A stretch of DNA of 63,546 nucleotides, filler included, from Reticulomyxa filosa (Eukaryota; Protista; Foraminifera), in NCBI GenBank assembly GCA_000512085.1. It is 19 parts of 19 records of this genome, joined end to end, with 100 filler letters (N's around TTAATTAATTAA, not from the genome) between each part and the next. Parts side by side here need not be neighbours in the genome. Positions count along the whole stretch, not along the records: positions 24,625 to 26,771 come from ASPP01021169.1; positions 26,872 to 29,589 come from ASPP01000120.1; positions 29,690 to 32,109 come from ASPP01037290.1; positions 32,210 to 35,980 come from ASPP01020998.1; positions 36,081 to 46,498 come from ASPP01005322.1; 14 more parts are not named here. The stretch is one strand, 5' to 3'. Of the stretch, positions 25,916-38,118 are shown one piece after another; within the stretch, counting starts at the first letter, position 1, and the number at the start of each line of letters is the position of its first letter. The position numbers and the translations under genes were made by a program. The notes beneath the pieces were generated by a model that was not told where the DNA came from, did no database searches, and worked only from the letters and a program-made list of their open reading frames with translations.

Positions 25916-26433
25916 TATCATCGTTTTCTATTTCTTCATACCAATGACCTTGTTTTTTCATTGATGCAACTTTAACAAACTCGAGCATTTTGAACTTTTG
26001 TACTTGTCACAAAACAAATCAAGTGTCACCAACACAAACAATATTTGCATTATTTCGTTCCAACTATCTGCTACTCACAAAAGCAACAAAGTTGCAAATG
26101 CAACAATATAAACAGTTGTAACTAACGAGTTGACAACTGTTTGAAAACTTGTTCAAAAAATTAGGGGACAATGGGAGTTGGATAAAGAGAGATAACAAGT
26201 GAAAGAATCGACACAGATTATGGATGGTGACATAGACCCTGGACTGAGTTATTTAGTACATTGTATTCCTATCCAAATGAAACTTGTCGGGTGACGAATG
26301 TGGTAAATGGTAACAACTGATAGATACTCACCCAACTTTTAATGGCGGCATATCCCTGAACATTGGTCTGTTCCGATCGTTTAAACAAATCCCATCAGAA
26401 CCACCAGACAGTGATCTCGAGGACGAAGAGTTT

Positions 26434-26740
26434 GTGTGTGGCCAAGTCAAGTCACGATTGATATCAAGAGAATTGGGATCACGTCCAAACATTATTCAAA
26501 AAGGGAACCTGCGTCGAGCTCACTATTTGTATTTTCAAATGGTGGACCTGTCTTGGGAGAAGCTGATATTATATGTATTCATCAGCGTATTGCTCTTCAA
26601 TGTATCATTTGCGACCCTATTTTATGTATCGGACGGTGTGGTCGACACCAACGAAGGCAATGACATCGAATGGATAGATTGTTTCTATTTTTCGTTACAA
26701 ACGATGGACACTATTGGTTACGGGGGATTACAGCCTCAAG

Positions 26741-26741
<1 letters not shown>
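26434..26741 (+). CDS. Inward-rectifier (Kir/KirBac-like) K+ channel, partial
   Basis: Slide helix YFQMVDLSW, TM1 LLFNVSFATLFY, and pore region CFYFSLQTMDTIGYGGLQP. Confidence 0.88.
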
Positions 26742-26771
<30 letters not shown>

Positions 26772-28069
26772 NNNNNNNNNNNNNNNNNNNNNNNNNNNNN
26801 NNNNNNNNNNNNNNNTTAATTAATTAANNNNNNNNNNNNNNNNNNNNNNNNNNNNNNNNNNNNNNNNNNNNTTCTTCTTCTTCATCTGATTTTAAAGCTT
26901 GCAATTGTGCTTCTTTTTCAATGAAATCACCAATATAAAAAGAACTCAAACTTCCAAATACAAATATTATCCATAATGGAAGTGATCGCCATAATGATAA
27001 AAGATATAACGTGCCAACATAAAGCAAAAGCAACAATGAAGATTTATATGGAGTCAAATACTCAAAAAGTTTAAAAATTACAACTAGACCAATGATGGTC
27101 ATCTTTTTTTTTCTAGAAATTAAAAAAATTATGTAGCCCAATAAAAAAAAATACTTGAAAACATAATATTGATAAAAATGTTAATGTAAATTTTAATTAA
27201 TCCAATGTAATGTAAATTTTAATTAATCCAATTTGATGTGTTTGTGGGATATCTACACTAAATGTAATACGAAAAGATTTTACTCAAATTGATAGTGGCT
27301 TTCAATAAAACAAAGTAACTCAGTAAGTAAAAAGGTGTAGTACTCATGATGTCATAATAAGTAATTCTCGCACTATAAGTAAACTTTGGAACCCTTTATT
27401 CTAAAAAACACACTACTCATGTAGTGCAATACCCTACTAATTACAGTAGAAGCTTAATATGAACGAGTGAACCCTTTTTTCCTCAACAACCTTCACTGTC
27501 TTTCTTCTTTCACTTTTCTGTTTTCTTATTTCTTGTCAGTGCGTTGTTTATCTTGATTATTAACTACTTTTGTTTTTGTTTTTTGAAAAACTTTCAGTAA
27601 TTACTTTCTTATTACACTTGGTGCTACCTCAATCTTCCTACAATCACTTTCACGACTTGTCTTTTCTCTTTCACTTGTTGAATCTTGTTATTTATTTTCT
27701 CTCTTTTATTTAAATCATTAATTTTTTGTTTTAAATTTGCTCAAAAGAGCGAAAACCTTTCGTATTACAGTTTCACACCTCTTTTCAGCAGCAGGAAAAT
27801 CCACAAAGGAAAGACCAAAAACAAGAAGTTATTCAGTTACATAAGAGTTCAGCAATGTATAATAAGGGCTTACCCTTTACATGTTATTATTATTTTTTTA
27901 AATTATAGCAAAATTGTAAATTATTTCCATCTTGATTGAATAATTAATAATTCTGTCAAGATATTGTAATAAAAAAAAAAATGACACAATCTCAAAATTA
28001 AAAACTTTCCATAGTAACCGCAAAAGGTGTAATTACACAAAAACAACATGTTGTATTCTTTTTTTTAAG

Positions 28070-28465
28070 GGGAGTGGCAAAACAATCAAAGACACGGACA
28101 AGACACCTATATTTATAGTTATGGTGATTCATATAGTGAAGAATGGATGAATGGAATAAAAAATGGTCTTGGAATCTACACCTATTTTTTTAATCATTCT
28201 CAATTAATCGGAAACTGGGAAAATAATGTTTATATTAATGGTAAATGGAGGCTTCATGATAATACAGAGTATCATGGAAGTTTTAATCACAACGTTCCTG
28301 AAGGTGATGGTGTAGTGACACATGAGTCATATCAACTCTATAATAAGAAACAACCTTTTTTTATTTTCTCCAATTTCTCTATCTCTAAATAGCTCTCTTT
28401 CTTGCATTTCTATATAATGGGTTGTTTGTTTTTGCAAATGGAAATCAATTAGAAGACTCTTTTAC
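28070..28465 (+). pseudogene. MORN-repeat (RSPH1-like) protein remnant
   Basis: GEWQNNQRHGQDTYIYSYGDSYSEEWMNGIKNGLGIYTY...EYHGSFNHNVPEGDG...FVFANGNQL. Several conserved MORN glycines are replaced and no intact 5' part is present. Confidence 0.65.
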
Positions 28466-29689
28466 ATCAAAAAAATTTTGCACAATGCATGAGTATATTT
28501 CATTACTTTTGATTGACCCACATTTATACATGTCAATTACAATTTTAACTTCACAAATAAATAATGAAATTTTTAACCATGAATTTTGCCACAAATCTAA
28601 CTGTTTGTTTTATTTCATGTGCAAATTTATTTTTAATTTATAAAAAATAAAGAAATAGATTCTAAAAAATACTTTTTCAACAAAGGATTAAAACGATACA
28701 CATTTAAATATGTTAACAAATAATTGAAAAGAAATAAGATAATCAAGTATTAAATTCAAATTGGGTAATTTTTTTTGTCTACAATTTATAGATTTGTTTA
28801 CATTCTTACCATTTGTTCCTTTATAAAAGTTTTCAGACTAAAAGATTCAAATTTACACAGACCATACATATCTAATTATAAAACAAAATCAGATTTATTT
28901 AAGTTCATCATCGATCTCAAAAAAAAAAATCAATAGTTTAATGAACACGATCCCAAGAAAATTTAAACAATACATTTTAAAATAGTCAATCTTTTAAAAA
29001 ATGCTACTCTTTCCAAAAAATTGTAAATATATTGTTACTCACAATTCGCAACTGTTTCTAATTTTGCATGAATGTATTTTTTTGTTATCGTCAAAACACG
29101 TTAATTGTGAGACAATAATACAAATGACCATAGAGAAAATACATTTTTAAGCACACAAAAGATATGCCATTTCTTTCTATTTTTATTGCATATTTAAACG
29201 AGTGAGGGAGGAGTATTTTCAATTCATTGTCAGTATTTACATTTTGTGGTTATTGTAAATCGGTACAGACAATATGGTTTGTCCATTTTTTTTTGGTTTA
29301 ATTTTGGTGTCACTTGCAATATATCACACCAAAATATTTTATTTCTTTTATATTTGTAACATTTACAACATTCGTCCATATCCGTGTCTAACTCGCCGTC
29401 TACGATATAAAACGATTAACTGACAAATTCCAGGGACAAAAAACAGGGCAGAAATGATAAAAAAAGGGATAGCATGTTTCAAATCTATTTACGTGTATGT
29501 GTGTCAATCCAACCAATTAAAAAAAAAGTATTGAAAATATGTGTTTGCTTTGCATAAGTCAGTGTCTCTCATTTTCCTTTTGTGTGTGTNNNNNNNNNNN
29601 NNNNNNNNNNNNNNNNNNNNNNNNNNNNNNNNNTTAATTAATTAANNNNNNNNNNNNNNNNNNNNNNNNNNNNNNNNNNNNNNNNNNNN

Positions 29690-29741
29690 ATCTTCATAAG
29701 GTGTCATTTTAGGTGTTCAGTTTTTTTTGCAACCTACTGTA
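29690..29741. mobile_element. Probable Tc1/mariner-like terminal inverted repeat with flanking TA
   Basis: The reverse complement reads TA-CAGTAGGTTGCAAAAAAAACTGAACACC. A related copy lies at 56236-56287 (40/52 identical, ungapped). Confidence 0.55.
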
Positions 29742-30537
29742 TATTTATTTCACTTCCATATTTGGATTCATTTCTAATTGTAAATATTATTAAACTGCTT
29801 CGTAATTTCTTTCAAGAAAAGTTTGAAATGTATGTTATAATGTCTTGTGTATCGAAAAAAAAAACCAAAATCAATTCAATTAAAAAAAATATTGAACAAC
29901 AAATAAATATAATAAAATAATCGTAGCATAATATATTTATAATTTTCTACAAAAGAATATCTACGTGATATGAAGTTCTGAGAACAAAAACATTTTTAAA
30001 ACATACAAATGTATTGTAAATAATATATACTTGTGTGACTCCGAATAGAAGTAAATTATCATTTTGATAAATTTTAGATGATTTACTATATAATTTGTGA
30101 TATAGTTACTTGAGAAATTACAAATATATGGATATATCTTGTCATTGACATCGTTCTATATGCATATACAAAACAATATCTTAGCTCAAAGAATAATTTC
30201 GTTCTATTGAATAACATGGAGACACCAACTGTCACTTTGACTTGCACAAGTGTAATACAAAAATATTGCTCTATGAACGACTTATCAGTAAAAGAGAAAC
30301 AAATTAATTAAACCAGAAAAGAAAGAAGGTGAAAAGTAAGTTTGTAGAGAAAAAGGAGACTTCAAACGAAACCTTGATATCAATAGTAGAACTAATTTTT
30401 AACATATGTTATATTGTTTTTATTTAAATGTAAATTTTTGTGATTTCAATGATATTTGTTTATTCTGATCTGATTTTATTGTTGTTATAGGGCTTGTTTT
30501 TTTTTAGAACTTTAAAAAATTTCTATAATATTCTGAG

Positions 30538-32023
30538 ATGTCTCAAAAACCAGAAGAGGTAAAGCCAGTGTTTTTCTATTTTCTCTCGAATATATGTATG
30601 TCAGTCATTTGTGGAAATTTGAAGAAAAGATGAATGCTTTTTTGTATGTATGTGACGAAAGCAGAAAGAGAAAGAAAAAGAAAAAGAGGTTTTACCAAAA
30701 AATGTAATCCCTACCCATTATTTCCTTTCAATTACTCCAGATTTGGTCAAGCATTTTCGATTTTTTGGACTTGTCGAAATTGATCTATTGGTAAAAGAGG
30801 ATAGTGATTTTATTACATTAAATGCTGTGGACTTATCTTTATTGAAAATTCAAGTTCGAAATGGAACCGAAGTGTTGGATATCAAGATTGCAGATGTTAC
30901 ATACGATACTCAAGTTAACTAAACAAACAAAGTAGTTTTTGTATTCCAAAAAAACATTTTAGAAACAGCAAGCACGTATTCCTTTACCAAAGAAATCGAC
31001 TGCCAAGACTACCCCTCAATTGTGTATTGATTACTCATGTATTTTAGGTGACTCAATGAATGGATTTTATCGTTCAAGATACGTAAGATCCAGTTAAACA
31101 TCCTTTTTTTTTGTTTCTACGGAAAAAATAAAGTCATACGAATAAAAAATTTGTGCAAAAAAAAAAAAAAAATGGCGATCCTGCGTATTGTGGCGTAACA
31201 CAATTTGAAGCAACAGATGCTCGTAAGGCATTGCCTTGTTGTGATGAAACTAGTGCTAGAACTGGCTGCACCAAGTGATTTAGTGTGCCTGTCAAATATG
31301 CCTGGTATGATTTTCTTCAAATATTTATTTATTTTGTGTTTGATTTGATTGTGTGCGTAATGTGATCTTTTTTGTATAGTGGTTGAAACAAAGACGTTTG
31401 GTTCTGTCAAAACTGTTGTTTTTGACAAATCACCAATAATGTCAACATATTTATTAGCGTGGTTTGTTGGTGAATTTGAATGCGTTGAATCGAAAACAAG
31501 TCGGAATATTATGGTCTGTGTATGGACTCAAATTGGAAAAAAAAATTCTGCAATTTTTGCTTGCGAAACAGCGTGCAAGTGCTTGGATTTTTATGAAAAG
31601 TTAATTTCCTTTGGTGGTGTAATAAAAAAAATTACATTATATATAAAAATATGATCTACTTATTTATTTATTATAATGTTTGTTATTGTGTTGTATTGTA
31701 TTGTAATCAACATTATAGATATTTTGAAATTGAATATCCGTTACCGAAATATGATATGATTACAGTACCAGATTTTGCAGCAGGAGCGATGGAAAATTGT
31801 GGTTTAATCACGTATCGAGAAATTGCACTGTTGGCCGACAAAGAAAAGACTTCGGTACGATAATTGCGATACGTAGCAATAGTGGTTTGTCATGAATTAG
31901 CACATCAATTGTTTGGTAATTTAGTTACTATGGATTGTTGGTCTCAATTATGGTTAAATGAAGGTTCTGCTTGCCTTGCTTTATGGAATATTTAAGTAGT
32001 GATGCTGTGTTTCCAGATTGGCG
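30538..32023 (+). pseudogene. Puromycin-sensitive M1 aminopeptidase pseudogene (introns retained)
   Basis: [79 protein letters not shown]. In-frame TAA at 31861, plus W-to-C/L changes and deletions. Confidence 0.88.
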
Positions 32024-32209
32024 AGTTTTGTTTTATTTTTTTATTTTATTTTTAATAAAAATAATTTATAATATAAAATATTTTTTCTATTATTATATAT
32101 ATATAATAANNNNNNNNNNNNNNNNNNNNNNNNNNNNNNNNNNNNNNNNNNNNTTAATTAATTAANNNNNNNNNNNNNNNNNNNNNNNNNNNNNNNNNNN
32201 NNNNNNNNN

Positions 32210-34641
32210 TTAGGTGCTGCACTATGTATACGTATGGAGATTTCTGTTTTGCGGAAGAATAATTGAAGAAACTACTAATGCTTTGACTTTTCTTCAATTC
32301 AACAAAATAGGCACAGCTGCGAGATGAAATTTCCGGTGACGACTGTAGATCTCCCCATTGCACACAAGCAATCCAAGTGGTGTTCTCTGGCATTGCAAAA
32401 CATGCAAAGTACAATGATTGTGTTTCATTGCATACTAGTTTCATTCGATAAGCCACGCCTTTTTTTTTTTTTTTTTGTAATGATTTTTTGTGTATTTATT
32501 TTCTCATGTAGTACTTGTGTTTTTTTCAGATTAGTCGCTCTATTTCTTTCTACGTATACATATATGTATGTATTACCTTTTTCAATGGATGGAAATAGCA
32601 CAAGTACGTGTTTTTTATCATCATCTTGCATTTCGGGCAAGTAAACGTAGAGTTTCACAATTTTAAAATTTTTATAAGTGGGACAACTTCCAAAAATAAT
32701 CAAACCGGCTTGCGTTTCACGTTCGATAAGATTCTCTTCGATCACAATGTCACGACATTGCTGCCGTAATTGTGGGCACATATTTTCTGTTTGCTTGTGA
32801 AACTCATTTACGAAATTGTATAACTTTGTTAGTTCGTGAAATTCGTTATTGTCATTTGATTCCGTCGTTTTACTTTGTTCGGAGGGAGTGAGCTGTTGCA
32901 TCAATAATTGTGGTACTTGGCATGGTATTTCAATGCATTGCTCTATAATATGTTTCGCTAAAGTAAATTGGATTTTTTTTTTATACCATTTGATTTCCCC
33001 CTCTTTGGTGTCTTCATTGTCATTGATTTTTGCATTTTGACTCAACATCGCCAAAGTCAAACCCATTTTTGCAACTTCAGGATCTTTCCACTCTTCCCAA
33101 GATTTGTAGTCTGTGCAACACAAGTACGTATAATTTTTTTTTTTTTTTTTTTTTGCTGTTTGCAAACCGAACAACTGTCAATGACAATATTCTTCAAAAA
33201 GATTTACCTTGCATCGGGTTTTTAAGCCATTCGTTTACTCTGCAATAGCTTTCCCCTTTTTTTTGCATGGGCAAAGTTGATGGAATATCTCCAATTTGGC
33301 GTCTATCAAACGTATACATCAAGATATGTGGCTCGACAACATAATTTGTTTCTTTTTTTTTTCTCAAATATTGTTAGGAAAAAATAAGGATAACAATACA
33401 ATCATTACCTGTTCATTTTTTCCACTATGTTCACATTAACAGGCTCCCATTCTTTTTTTGATATTGAAAATCGTAGTTGAAAGGTCAACAAATCACCTGC
33501 GCGTAATTTTTCTCCCGTTACGCAGTTAGGCTTAAATGTCACTTTGATCTTTGTCATCACACCAATCAATATGGTTAGGCCAAAAAATAAGCAAAAAAAA
33601 AATTAGTCAAATGACTTACTTTCTCTTCACTTTTTTTGGAATAGGGACAAACTTCTGCAATCAATGCCTGATCGCATAGTTTAAGCTGTTCTTGATACAA
33701 TGGAGGATATTCAATATTGTCCACTACAACCTTCCCATTTTTTTTCATCATATAAGTACATTTTATTTCGATTCCTTTTTTCAGTGATAACTTCTTCCAC
33801 CGGTCATTGTTGATTGAAAAGTCTACTCGTTCGTTCTAAAAAGGAAAATGTAAAAAAAATTGACATAAACACTCAACAAAAAAAAAAGAGAGGCATACAC
33901 GTTTGTAAGCTTACATTTATGAAAAATGAGCCGTTTGATGAGAATGCGCTCACGTCAAAAATTCTTGTAAATTCAACTTTTTTCTGAGTAGGCATAACAT
34001 TCACGTTTTTCTCGTCTTCGTTGTCTCTTGTTATATCGCTAAAATCCGTTTTGTATTTACATTTTGGTTGTGTACTCATATATATACATATATAAATATA
34101 TGTATGTAGTGTCACATCACACTTGATACGTACTTGGAAGTGGTTTGGATCTGTGACTCCACCACGGAAGATTCAATTGTGGATGGATCTGTCGGAATAC
34201 TTATTTAAAAAAAACACAAGCAAAAGAAGGATAATCACATGGATGTGTTTTTATATTGTGCTTGAATACTATCATTCGAAATAATCAACAAAAAATTTTT
34301 AAAAACAAATCCCAATCTCTATCTTTTTGACTAAATATGACTCTGTTTTTTTTATTTAACTTTGATTTATTCCAAACACTGTCTTTGATGGAAAGTGGCT
34401 CCATTTTCTTTTCTTTACGCGACTCGTTTACTTTAATCAAGAGCTTTTTTTGTTGAGCCGGAGCCAGCTTCGCATTCTCGAAAACGCTTTTCCATTCATC
34501 AGAATCCTGATTAATCACACACTCCATTTCGTCACACTGTGCGTCGTCGTAGAGTGCATTCAATACATTTTCAATATTTTCTGGTCTCAAGATTTTCAGA
34601 AACTCTCTTATTTCTTCTTTTCCTGGATTTTCTTCTGCCAT
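32210..34641 (-). CDS. Multi-exon hypothetical protein (3' partial) with a helical, possibly SAM-like, N-terminus
   Basis: A series of minus-strand exons (e.g. 34641-34370 and 33120-32640) separated by AT-rich GT-AG-type introns. Confidence 0.55.
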
Positions 34642-35107
34642 CGCAAAAGAAGTTTTATAAACACTAACAAAAGATAGAAAGAAAAAAAGAACGAGTACCA
34701 CCCAAGAAAATGTAAGTCATCTTTGTGTAATAAAACCCAGTGGCTTCTTTTCATTAATATCACACAACTTTTAGTGATCTATAGTATTTAAAAATTGTGT
34801 AATCTAACATTGGAGGTTAAGTGCTGACAAAACGATGGAAATTGCACAATATAACTGATACAGCTAGTTAATAACAAAATCAAATAAAAATTTTAAAAAT
34901 TTGATACAGAAGCTTGTTTTTATAAAAAAAATGAATAACCAAAGGCTGCATTTTACTACATCTGTTTTCTACGTTGCTGTACAGTGGTGACAGGGCGTTG
35001 ACCCGTGCGATTAAAAAAAAAAATTGCTTGTCCTTAACTTTTTTTTTTTCAGAGACCAATTATCATGACGACTCATAGCCCAACAGTTGGACGAAGAAAG
35101 TTGAGGC

Positions 35108-35980
35108 GTGTTTACATATTTATGTAACGCCATTTCTTTTGCTATACTTTTGCCTGTTGACAGGAGTGTGAAAAAGCGAGTAGAAAAAGAATACTCTGAA
35201 AAAGTAGATTCATATGAAGGAAGTGCAACGAGAAAAGTAGAGCAAAGACTGCAAGTGAAAAAAAATAAAGAAGAAGAGCAAGAAGGAGTACTTGTGAGTG
35301 AGATCGTGAATGGGTTAAACTTGGACGAAGAAGAGATAAAAGAAATTGAAGAAGAGTATATTGGAAACGAATGCACGGTAACTGTCTATCCAGGAGAAGA
35401 GAGCACAAGAACTCAGTCATTCTTTCAAAGTGAAAAAGTGTATGATCTATCGAATGAGAAAGACTTTAAAAAACAAAAAGAGATTATCAAAGAAGCCAGA
35501 CGATTGGCGATGTCTGGAAAAGACGCCACGTATACTTTTTTTTATTTATTTATTTAAAAATGAAAAAAAAAAAAAGTAGATTGGCAATTTTTTGGTATCA
35601 TTTTAAAATATATACGTATACATATATTTATATATGTACGTTTTTCTTTTTTTTTTTGGTTAATAATATATATATATTTTTTTTATATTACAATTCAAAG
35701 CGTTCGTTTGGCACCAGATACACCAGTGACACATGTATGCCAGCTTTTGGAGGAAGCCAGGATTCCAAAGCGCAAGGTGCAAGATTTTTTGAGGCAAACT
35801 AGTGATGTGACTGCAAAGTTGATTGCAAATTATGCAGCTGCGATTCCAAGGCATCGGAATGCAAATAAGTCAATTGACGATCAAATCCAAAACTATGGTT
35901 ATTTGAGTCGCTTAAAAAGTGCAAAGCCTTTGTCTAATCCTCACGAAGATGGGACTTCCGCAAGGTTATCAAAAAAAGGT
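35108..35980 (+). CDS. Hypothetical Glu/Lys-rich protein (3' partial)
   Basis: ORFs 35108-35529 and 35701-35980 are separated by a GT...AG intron. No family recognised. Confidence 0.5.
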
Positions 35981-36097
35981 NNNNNNNNNNNNNNNNNNNN
36001 NNNNNNNNNNNNNNNNNNNNNNNNTTAATTAATTAANNNNNNNNNNNNNNNNNNNNNNNNNNNNNNNNNNNNNNNNNNNNCAAAAAAAAAAAAAAAA

Positions 36098-36799
36098 GTA
36101 CCCAACTTGATTCAGTTTTCGCTTTCCCAAGCCGATCAAAAAGTTGTCAGGCTTCAAATCTCTATGGATGAAGTTTTTCGTGTGGACGTACTCAATGCGC
36201 GCTAGCTGTCATTTTGTTTGATTTGTTTTTCCTTACTTAATTGAAAAATCTCAATTTAGCCTAAGAAAATTCTTTTTTAAGGACGTATACAAATCTCTAA
36301 AAAAAACTAATTATTGCTGGATAATTGTTTTCTTTTTTTTAAAAAAAAAAGGGAATACCATTTGATCAGCTAACATCAGAGAAGTTTTCAGAGTAAATTT
36401 TCGAGAACAAAAGTTGAAGAGATCTTCCAACGATGGCCCCAATATGTCCATGACCATTACGTTGAAGTCACCTTCACGCCCGAACCACCGCACATTGGGT
36501 ATTCCAACGCCTCCTGCCAAAATTCGGTACACTTTGTATTCGTAGGCTAACTGTGGATGCTTTGTCTTCACTGATTCCAACTTGATTGCCACTTCTTCTC
36601 CGGTGTTAATATTTGTTCCTATCGTTCCCAGTTGTCAATTCACAAATATACAACTTGTCGGTCATATATTGTCAAAGTCCTAAGTTTACTTTTTTTGTGT
36701 TTACGCATATGTTTCCTTTTCACCTAAGTAAATGTCTCCAAAGCTTCCAGAGCCAATTTTACGACCTAAACGGTATTTGCCTCCCACCCGTAATTCCAT
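36098..36799 (-). CDS. CK1: Casein kinase 1 (3' partial)
   Basis: [79 protein letters not shown]. Confidence 0.97.
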
Positions 36800-38118
36800 T
36801 TTTTTGAATTAATTTACTTATATTTTTGTGAAAGCAACGATGAAATGCAACGATTAAAAAGGTTATTTTCGAGTCTTTAGAAAAATTCTTCAAAAAAGCT
36901 AAAGACAGCTCAAACTCGCTGAAAACAAATGAAAAAGCTGATCAAAAGGATCTATATTTATAATTATCATAACTATGTATTGTTACTTTGTTATCTACTT
37001 TCTTAAGATACTTACTGTAAGCAAAATAGTGACGCTGTTAATCCACACACTATTTAAACGATCAAATTAAAACAGCTTTTGGCCCAAATGTAGGGCAAGT
37101 CCCTATTATACAATCTCAAATACTAATGGAACGGTGGGTTAAAACCCTCTTCAAAACTCACTTTTGTGTTTTATTTACTTGTTTTCCTTTCTTGTGTTGA
37201 GATTATTTTTGTTAATTTAATTTCCTTTTACTGAATTTGCTTTTTGGAACTAAGTTCCTTTTGTATTACACTTAGTCGTCTCACTATTCCTACACAAAGA
37301 ACCAAATGAAACCAATTTAAGAACATTGAGCTACTAGCAAGTGTAATACGAAAGGAACTTGTTTCAAGAAACAATTTCAGTATAATCTTTATGTAAATTG
37401 AAAACATAATAATATGCATGTTTCAACATACCATAAACAAATATCACACTTTCTGGATCAGAAATTAAATTTCTATTACAATTAAATATCATTATGACAA
37501 ATGCTACAAATTTGGGTATTCCACATTAAGATATTTTTGAAGTAATATAAAAGGGCTTTGATTCAGATTCAATAATTCAGAGTGTGATTTATCACCACAA
37601 ATCACTCTAATTTCTAATTATGATATTTCTGTATATTGTATCAGTATTATCATTGTTGTTATTTTTGGTGTGTTATTGATTTCATATTCCTTATAATCAC
37701 TTTCATTCGTTGTAATTATTATATTTCAAGCATCAACTTAGAGTGTTGAATGTAAAATTCTTTCCTTGGCATAACTTCTTTCTAGCGTTGTTTCCTGTTA
37801 TGCCAGGCACTGGATATCCATTTGTTAGTATGTGATTAAAAAATTAAGCTGATGCGCTAAGTGTAAGAGTTAATTGTTTTAATTTTTTTAATTAAGTAAA
37901 TTGTCGTCATTTTAATTTTTGTTTTGCGATTTATCATTAGTGTAGATTTTATGTTTACAAACAAGTAAATATTGTTTTATGTAGTTTTTTCTAAAAGTTG
38001 TTCCAAAAGTGATGGACCCTTTTACCCAAAGCACCAAAAAAGCGTCTTAGCTCATCCGAATTGTCGCGATTGTTTGTTGCGATTAGCAAATGCGAGTTGT
38101 TGTGACTAAAATTCCGAT

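Noticed and set aside
31855-31870. In-frame TAA in the M1 peptidase as stop-codon reassignment (TAA=Gln)
   Set aside because: Intact genes here end in TAA, TAG and TGA, and this locus has many other lesions.
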